49,418 nucleotides of DNA from Bacilli bacterium (GTDB lineage Bacteria > Bacillota_I > Bacilli_A > RFN20 > CAG-826). Shown here one piece after another: positions 17,810 through 24,725 of the stretch (the first letter of the stretch is position 1; every line of letters begins with the position of its first letter). The translations under genes were made by a program, and so were the position numbers. The notes below the pieces were generated by a model, which saw only the letters and a program-made list of their open reading frames with translations, did no database searches and was not told the DNA's origin. The DNA lies in NCBI GenBank assembly GCA_049433705.1, contig JBMTFA010000002.1:1-49418 (forward strand), written 5' to 3'.

Positions 17810-19260
17810 AAGCGTTCTTCTTTAAGATCCTTTAAGGTTAAGATCTTCATGAAGTTGGTTGAACCAACCCCTGTGGGTACCCCACCGGTTAATAAAATAT
17901 TCGCGCCAGGTTTTAACCCGATTTGTCTCGCTTTTAAAATCGCAAACGCTTCCATGTCTTCAATGAATTGCGGTAAAGCTTTCGCATAAAAGGCATAGAC
18001 ACCCCACACTAATCCAAGGGTTAAGACGGTTTCACGCCGATCACTAATGGCAAAAATCGGACATGCGGGTCTCGCTTTGGCAATGCGGCGCGCGGCTCCA
18101 CCAGTTTCCGTAAAGGTGATGATTGCTTGGGCATTAATCAATAGTGCGGTATTGGCAACGGAATTGGCAATCGCATCCGAATTAATTTTCTTGCTACTTT
18201 CATACGCTTGATTGGACATCTTTAAATAGTCCAATTCTTTTTCCATGGTTTGGGCAATCTTTGCTTGCATGTTGACCGATTCAACCGGATATTTGCCGCT
18301 CGCGGATTCCGCGGATAACATCACCGCATCACTGCTTTCTAAAATCGCATTGGCTACATCAGAGACTTCCGCGCGAGTGGGTCGAGGCATGTTCACCATG
18401 CTATCCAACATTTGGGTTGCAGTAATTACTGGTTTGCCATATTTTCGGCAAAGGGAGACGATTTGTTTTTGCACCACCGGCACTTGTTCGGCAGCAATTT
18501 CAACACCCAAATCGCCACGCGCGACCATGATGCCATCGGCAACTTCTAAGATTTCTTCTAAATTGGAAACCCCTTCTGGGTTTTCAATTTTCGCAATAAT
18601 TTGAATGTTTGGTTTCCCATATTTTTCTAAAATTGCCCGAATATCTAAGACGTCTTGTTTTCTTCGCGTAAAACTTGCGGCGATAAAATTAACATCATGT
18701 TCACAACCAAATTTAAAGTCTGCTTCATCCTGCGCAGAGATAAACGGCATACTTAAGCGGGCAAAAGGTGCATTTAATCCTTTACGATTTTTAATCGTAT
18801 GGGTGTTTAAGGCTTTGCAGACTAATTGCTTTTGTTGCGAATCTTTTTCAATGATCAGTAAGGCAAGGTTACCATCATCAATTCGTAGTTGATCACCGAC
18901 TTTGACATCATCATAAAGCCCGGGATAGGAGACAGAAAATAATTCGGCATTCCCTAATAATGGGGTCATGCTAACTCTTACCACTGCATCTTGTTTAATC
19001 AAAGCTGCATCCTGGTCAAACATCCCCACACGAATTTCTGGTCCACGGGAATCAAGCATGATGGGAATATAAATCCCTTTTTCTCTTTCGATGCGACGCG
19101 CAAGTTCAATCTTTTTTAAATGCGTAGGATAGTCCCCATGGGAAAAATTAACCCGCATCACATTCATCCCTGCATCGACTAACTCAACTAATTTTTCATA
19201 GGTTTCTGAAGCAGGCCCAATCGTGGCTACAATTTTTGTTTTTTTATCAAATCGATACAT
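17806..19260 (-). CDS. pyk: pyruvate kinase
   Basis: 484 aa with KIVATIGPAS, MNVMRVNFSHGD and MVARGDLGVEI. Confidence 0.95.
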   Translation of the reverse strand: MYRFDKKTKIVATIGPASETYEKLVELVDAGMNVMRVNFSHGDYPTHLKKIELARRIEREKGIYIPIMLDSRGPEIRVGMFDQDAALIKQDAVVRVSMTPLLGNAELFSVSYPGLYDDVKVGDQLRIDDGNLALLIIEKDSQQKQLVCKALNTHTIKNRKGLNAPFARLSMPFISAQDEADFKFGCEHDVNFIAASFTRRKQDVLDIRAILEKYGKPNIQIIAKIENPEGVSNLEEILEVADGIMVARGDLGVEIAAEQVPVVQKQIVSLCRKYGKPVITATQMLDSMVNMPRPTRAEVSDVANAILESSDAVMLSAESASGKYPVESVNMQAKIAQTMEKELDYLKMSNQAYESSKKINSDAIANSVANTALLINAQAIITFTETGGAARRIAKARPACPIFAISDRRETVLTLGLVWGVYAFYAKALPQFIEDMEAFAILKARQIGLKPGANILLTGGVPTGVGSTNFMKILTLKDLKEERL

Positions 19261-19262
19261 GG

Positions 19263-20216
19263 TTATTTCAACCGATCAATCACATTGACGACACTTGTAT
19301 GCTTTTCACGTTGCATCGCAAGCGCTTCATAAATATCGTAATCCACGAGCGTTTGCCCACGGACCCCGATACAGCGACTGGTCTTCCCTTCGTTTAAACA
19401 TTGCACGGCGTATTCGCCCATCCGTGAGGCAAGAATGCGATCAAAAGCAGAGGGAGCACCTCCGCGTTGAATCCGACCTAAGACTTCTGTTCTTACTTCA
19501 AAATCAGTTTCTTGTTGAATGAATCTTGCTAATTCATTTAAATCAAATAATTTTTCTGAGACAATCACCATTGCATGATTTTTACTGGTGGCTTTTTGAA
19601 ATTTAAGCCGGGTAATCATTTCTGATAACGGCATAAAGTTATCACCGGAAATCGTTAATTCTGCGCCGCAAGCTAATCCTGCATAAATGGCAAGATCACC
19701 AGCCCGATTCCCCATCACCTCAATGATGGAGCATCGTTGATGAGAAAAGGTGGTGTCACGAAGTTTATCAACCGCTTGAACGATGGTATTTAAACAGGTG
19801 TCAAACCCAATCGTGTAGTCGGTTGAGGCAATGTCATTATCAATGGTGCCTGGTAGGCCGATACAATTAATTCCCATATCAGACAAATCTTTCGCGCCCC
19901 GATAGGTGCCATCGCCACCAATAACCACAAGGGCATTGATACCGAATTTCTTTAATTGTTTGACCCCTTCTTCGCGAATATTTGGATTGATAAATTCTGG
20001 TAATCGTGCCGAGCGTAAAATCGTGCCACCTTTATTGATGATTTGCGAAACAAAGGAGCGATCAACTTTTTCAATTTGCCCAGCGACAAGCCCGCGGTAT
20101 CCGTTGTAAATTGCATACATCTCATGACCGTAACTTAATCCAGCGCGAATAATCGCGCGAATCGCTGCATTCATGCCAGGGGAATCACCGCCAGAGGTTA
20201 ACACCCCGATGCTCAT
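19263..20216 (-). CDS. pfkA: ATP-dependent 6-phosphofructokinase
   Basis: Motifs MSIGVLTSGGDSPGMNAA, IGGDGTYRGA (Gly at the ATP/PPi discriminator position) and PGTIDNDI. The start is taken at the ATG at 20216. The upstream TTG/GTG codons up to 20243 overlap the preceding gene. Confidence 0.93.
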   Translation of the reverse strand: MSIGVLTSGGDSPGMNAAIRAIIRAGLSYGHEMYAIYNGYRGLVAGQIEKVDRSFVSQIINKGGTILRSARLPEFINPNIREEGVKQLKKFGINALVVIGGDGTYRGAKDLSDMGINCIGLPGTIDNDIASTDYTIGFDTCLNTIVQAVDKLRDTTFSHQRCSIIEVMGNRAGDLAIYAGLACGAELTISGDNFMPLSEMITRLKFQKATSKNHAMVIVSEKLFDLNELARFIQQETDFEVRTEVLGRIQRGGAPSAFDRILASRMGEYAVQCLNEGKTSRCIGVRGQTLVDYDIYEALAMQREKHTSVVNVIDRLK

Positions 20217-20221
20217 TTTTT

Positions 20222-21034
20222 TCACAAACGTTCTTTCCACCAATTCAAGGCCACTTTGGTTTGCTTTGGTAATGCAACTTTACTTTTGCGTTTAGTTGAA
20301 CGTGGATCGTGTTTTTCTCCGCGTGGAACGACATGCCAATACTCAAGATTGCCGAATTTGTTCAACAGCGCTTTCACTGGGGCATAGTCAAACATTTTGC
20401 AAGAGAAGATATCAAAAAACATTTGATTCGTCTTTAAGTTGAGATGGATCGATAAATGGGATTCGGCAATCATCACAATGCTAGAGAGGTAAGTTGGATT
20501 TTGATAGGTATCATAAATGCCATAGGCACGAGTGATGGGCGTCATCCCAATGTCGGCAATTAATCCTTCTAAAAATTGATTTGCCGCTTCAAGGGTTAAG
20601 GCTTTTTTTAAGGATAGAGTTGCCATGACATGCGGACCAAAGACACTGGTTGGATCAAATGGTTGATTTGGATTTTCACCGATTCGATTGGCGGAAAATA
20701 ACCGACTTTTTTTTGCATCACTTGGCCAATACGTTTGTAAGGCTTTTGCGAATTGTTTTTCGGTGATGGTTGTTTGGGTGGTTAAATCGACGAAATAACA
20801 ACCGCGAAGCGGAAAGGTATGAATGGTTAAATGCCCACCTGGTAAAAAAATAAAACTAGATAACCCTTCATCTAAGGGAACCAAACCATAATCGTAAGGT
20901 AATAAATACGCAGGAGAAATTGGTTTAATGTTTAAAGACCGCAAAACTAAATTGATGGTCTGATTCACAAAGTTAGCATCCCCTAAGGGAACTGTGGATT
21001 TTACACCATAACCATCGAACATGAAGTGGGTCAT
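20222..21034 (-). CDS. tandem-duplicated S-adenosylmethionine-decarboxylase-like (pyruvoyl-enzyme fold) protein
   Basis: It contains two AdoMetDC-like halves. The N-half carries FLPGGHLTIHTFP, with the processing site ES replaced by GG. The C-half carries MIAESHLSIH...DIFSCK, with ES and Cys retained. The second ATG (21034) is preferred because the AAGGA SD abuts the first ATG (21043). Confidence 0.65.
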   Translation of the reverse strand: MTHFMFDGYGVKSTVPLGDANFVNQTINLVLRSLNIKPISPAYLLPYDYGLVPLDEGLSSFIFLPGGHLTIHTFPLRGCYFVDLTTQTTITEKQFAKALQTYWPSDAKKSRLFSANRIGENPNQPFDPTSVFGPHVMATLSLKKALTLEAANQFLEGLIADIGMTPITRAYGIYDTYQNPTYLSSIVMIAESHLSIHLNLKTNQMFFDIFSCKMFDYAPVKALLNKFGNLEYWHVVPRGEKHDPRSTKRKSKVALPKQTKVALNWWKERL

Positions 21035-21156
21035 TGTTGTCATTCCTTTACCTAGTTAATGCTATCAAAATTAGGGGGTTTTCGCAATCAAAGGCTTGTG
21101 CAGTAAAATCAACAAATCTTTACCAAATTATCGGTTATAATTTATAATAACCTTCT

Positions 21157-22422
21157 ATGAAAATCATTACGAGTCAAGATTTTATCCAATTACGCCTAGA
21201 AGCGGTTATTTCTTCCGCTGATCTTGATTTTTTAGTGGAAGCTTATGGCCCAATCATTGGCATTGAGGCCATCGGTTTATTTTTAACAATCAAACAACAA
21301 GATGGGCTTTTGGATGGCAATCCCATTGATTTAACAACTTTTTTATCCCTATTACAAACAACACCTCAAACTTTTCATGCCGCTAGGGTCCAACTTGAAG
21401 CCTTAGGATTATTAAGAACCTTTGAGCAAACCTATCAACAAACCAAATTATTTACCTTTACTTTGTTTGCGCCAAAATCACCCCAAGGTTTTTTTGATGA
21501 TCCGATTTTAAAAGGTTTGTTAGGTCAACGAACACCGGCAACTTATAGTAAGCAACTTCTCAATAAATACGCCTTACCTCCTCTTGATCCAAAAGCAAAA
21601 GAAGTGACGGTTTCCTTTGGGGAAGTATTTCATCCTGATTTAAATCATCCCGCGTTTTTAAGTCAACCCAATAGTCCGCAAATGAAAGGCAAAACTTTCG
21701 GTGAAATTCGCCAACCCTTTGATCAACTTAAGTTTGCAGAACAATTGCAGCATCAGTTTAATCTCGATCTGAAAAAACTCAATCAAGAAGAAGTTCAGCA
21801 AGTGATTTCAATTGCTACCCTTACCGGCCTTGATGAACTTGCATTAGCCGATATCGTCGGCACGAACCTTGATTTAAATCACCGTTTAAATCTAGATAAA
21901 ATCATGCAGGCAGCTCGCCAAGATAAACAATTCTCCTCTTTTATCCGCCAACGCCAACAACAAAAAGTCCAATTACAATCTTCCTCAACCCAAGCCACCC
22001 TCATCAATCAAATGGAGTTGTTAAGTCCGGTAGAATTTTTAGTGATGAAACAAAATGGTGCGGAGGTTTCTCCCGCGGACTTTAGTTTATTGATGCGGCT
22101 ACAAAACCAATATGCATTGACTGCACCTGTTATTAATGCGCTTATCCATCAAGTATTAACCACGCAAAATAATGTGCTGAGTTCTCGATATGTTGAAAAA
22201 TTAGCCGGTACCTTAAAACGGGAAAACTTATCCCACGCGATTGATACCATGGATTATTTTTATAAATTAAGTCAACCTCGACAAGGTAAAACGTTTTCTA
22301 AACCATCCACTCAATCCGAATCAACACCAACAGCAACCCCACCAACTCCTTCTACCTTACCTGAATCAGTGGATGAAGCAGAATTAGCCGCGCTTGAAGA
22401 AAAGATGAAAGGGTTAAAATGA
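21157..22422 (+). CDS. dnaB: Firmicute-type replication initiation/membrane attachment protein DnaB (DnaD-domain family, not the helicase)
   Basis: 421 aa with a C-terminal DnaD-like region (SRYVEKLAGTLKRENLSHAIDTMDYF). It is immediately upstream of dnaI with a 4-nt overlap, as in Bacillus. Confidence 0.65.
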   Translation: MKIITSQDFIQLRLEAVISSADLDFLVEAYGPIIGIEAIGLFLTIKQQDGLLDGNPIDLTTFLSLLQTTPQTFHAARVQLEALGLLRTFEQTYQQTKLFTFTLFAPKSPQGFFDDPILKGLLGQRTPATYSKQLLNKYALPPLDPKAKEVTVSFGEVFHPDLNHPAFLSQPNSPQMKGKTFGEIRQPFDQLKFAEQLQHQFNLDLKKLNQEEVQQVISIATLTGLDELALADIVGTNLDLNHRLNLDKIMQAARQDKQFSSFIRQRQQQKVQLQSSSTQATLINQMELLSPVEFLVMKQNGAEVSPADFSLLMRLQNQYALTAPVINALIHQVLTTQNNVLSSRYVEKLAGTLKRENLSHAIDTMDYFYKLSQPRQGKTFSKPSTQSESTPTATPPTPSTLPESVDEAELAALEEKMKGLK

Positions 22423-23315
22423 AACCGATTAACCCTAAACAAATTATCCAAGATGATTTTGAAACCGCGATTGAAGAAGCGGTCAATCATGTTCGTTTGT
22501 CATCAATCCTCAAACCAACGTTAACGAACCTAAACATCACTGAATCAGAAATTCGTCAGCATCTAGCTTCTTTGATGAAACTTGAAGAAGATCAACAAGC
22601 AGTTGATCAATGCCGTCTTGCTGGTAAGTGCTTAAAACCACAAGGTCATTATGTAATTCAATTAAAAAGGAATGCCGGTGGGTTTTTAGAACGCCAACTA
22701 CAACCTTGCCCCATGCTCGATGATCAACTGAAGGTGTCACGCTTTTTAATCTATGATGATTTTAATGAAGCTTGGAAAGATTCAAAGTTACTCGAATCAT
22801 TAAAGCAACGTGACGGTCAAAAACCACTTTACATGTACTTAATGAAAGTGTTACAACAACAAACCAACGAAGGTTTAGCATTGATTGGTCCGCATCAATC
22901 CGGTAAATCATTTGCCTTAGGTATCTTTGCTTATCGCTACGCGCTCAATGAAATCGGAACGGTTGGCCTTCTTGATTTTGCTAAACAAATGCCGCGGTTA
23001 CTCGCGTTAAAAAAACTCGATGAATCGAGTTTCCAACGCGAACTTGAACGCCTTCAAAACTTAAAAGTACTGATTCTTGATGGATTAGGAAGTGCCCTCA
23101 TCAGTGAAGAAATGCTCACCGATATTCTTTTACCCGTTTATCTCAACCGGCAAAAACCTGGTTTGATCTCAATGGTGACAAGTACCGTTCCTTTTCTTCA
23201 ACTCGAGGGTTTATTTAAAGGTTATAAAGATAAGAAGATGTTGATGAGTGAATGGTTGAATCTCTTAACCATCCTCACAAAACCGATTCAGTTACCCGCG
23301 CTATTACCGCTTTAA
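22419..23315 (+). CDS. dnaI: primosomal helicase-loader protein DnaI
   Basis: 298-aa AAA+ protein with the P-loop GPHQSGKS and a Walker B-like VLILDGLG. It has an N-terminal Cys-containing domain and the expected position after dnaB. Confidence 0.75.
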   Translation: MKPINPKQIIQDDFETAIEEAVNHVRLSSILKPTLTNLNITESEIRQHLASLMKLEEDQQAVDQCRLAGKCLKPQGHYVIQLKRNAGGFLERQLQPCPMLDDQLKVSRFLIYDDFNEAWKDSKLLESLKQRDGQKPLYMYLMKVLQQQTNEGLALIGPHQSGKSFALGIFAYRYALNEIGTVGLLDFAKQMPRLLALKKLDESSFQRELERLQNLKVLILDGLGSALISEEMLTDILLPVYLNRQKPGLISMVTSTVPFLQLEGLFKGYKDKKMLMSEWLNLLTILTKPIQLPALLPL

Positions 23316-24719
23316 AGAAGTGATGATGTGATTCAAGGTTGCTTTACTTAATTTTTCCCACGCTTTTAAACCTTGATGGTTGCTTAACCGATAGGTGACA
23401 AAGTTGGTAAAGTCGCGATAGCGATTGCGTTCATTTAAGATCCATAACGCGTCTGCAGAGGCAGGATTCCGTTCAATTAATCGTTGTTTTTGAATGTTTT
23501 GTGGTGCTTCAATGCCAATGATTACATCACAAAGTGCATCCAAATTCGCTTGAAATAATAGCGGCACTTCTAATAACACGATCGGCGCTTTGATTTTTTT
23601 CAGTTGCTGAATAATAACCGCTTCTACCATTGGAAATAATTGTTTTAACCATTGATGATATCGGCGGTTATCCGCGACCATCGCGGCCAATAAGCTTGGC
23701 CGATCGATGGATTGATTTTTGATTGCTTCCGGAAAGATGGTGGCAAGTTTTCGCTTCACAATACGTGTTGCATAGAGGTCATGCACGATGTCATCCGCAC
23801 TGATCACTGTCATTCCAGCTTGCTTGGCGACGCCAATGAACGTCGATTTACCCGTGGCGATTTCTCCAGTCACCCCAATGACATATGGGTAATCAGGATG
23901 GTGCTGGCAAGCGGGACAATAATGCGTCCCACGGCCACCGACAGTCATTTTTGCAAGGCGATGTTGGCACCGTGGGCATGGTTGCCCATCTTTACCATAG
24001 ACTTGAATTCTTAAGGTAAACTCACCATCAATGGCATGTCCAGACTGGTAGGAACGAATCCTTGTTCCCCCTGCTTGGATGGCTTCATGTAAGATGCGCT
24101 TGGCATGAAGGAGAATGGTTTTGGTTTCTGGTAATGTCAGCGTTTTTCCAAGACGAAGTGGATGGAGTTTTGCAGCAAATAAGATTTCATCCGCATAAAT
24201 ATTGCCAATCCCTAATAGGATGGTTTGATCAAGAATCAAGGATTTAATCGGGCGATTGGCGCGATGAAATTGATCATAGATGGGTTGCGGATCAAGGTTG
24301 ACTAACGGTTCTTGACCTAAATGACGAAGCGAGGGTAAGGACAAGTATTCGCGTTTCGTGGTGACCTCAAAGGTCCCAAACTTTCGCATGTCATCATAAA
24401 TCATGCTCGTGCCACCTTGAAAGCGAAACACGAGGCGAGGAAACCGTGATTGGGGTTTATCCCAATTCAACTGTTCGATATATTTGCCTTCCATTCGTAA
24501 ATGGGAAACGACCACGGTATCATCCGCAAAAAAGAACAAAATAAATTTACCAATCCGCTGAATATCGGAAATGGTATTGTGAATTAATTTTTTTTCCATG
24601 ACTTTCAGCGAAGGTTTGATCATTTTTTTATGCATCACCTCAAGCCCAACAATAGTCTTGCCAATACACAAGGGTCTTAAAGTTTGAACGACAGTTTCAA
24701 CTTCTGGTAATTCTGGCAT
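23304..24719 (-). CDS. fusion protein: formamidopyrimidine-DNA glycosylase (MutM/Fpg) plus dephospho-CoA kinase (CoaE)
   Basis: The N-terminus is MPELPEVETV, with the catalytic Pro2. The zinc finger is CPRC...CPAC (residues 248-271). After the roughly 8-aa linker HHPDYPY comes the CoaE P-loop VIGVTGEIATGKST and the rest of a CoaE-length domain. Confidence 0.85.
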   Translation of the reverse strand: MPELPEVETVVQTLRPLCIGKTIVGLEVMHKKMIKPSLKVMEKKLIHNTISDIQRIGKFILFFFADDTVVVSHLRMEGKYIEQLNWDKPQSRFPRLVFRFQGGTSMIYDDMRKFGTFEVTTKREYLSLPSLRHLGQEPLVNLDPQPIYDQFHRANRPIKSLILDQTILLGIGNIYADEILFAAKLHPLRLGKTLTLPETKTILLHAKRILHEAIQAGGTRIRSYQSGHAIDGEFTLRIQVYGKDGQPCPRCQHRLAKMTVGGRGTHYCPACQHHPDYPYVIGVTGEIATGKSTFIGVAKQAGMTVISADDIVHDLYATRIVKRKLATIFPEAIKNQSIDRPSLLAAMVADNRRYHQWLKQLFPMVEAVIIQQLKKIKAPIVLLEVPLLFQANLDALCDVIIGIEAPQNIQKQRLIERNPASADALWILNERNRYRDFTNFVTYRLSNHQGLKAWEKLSKATLNHIITSLKR

Positions 24720-24725
24720 AGGTCC

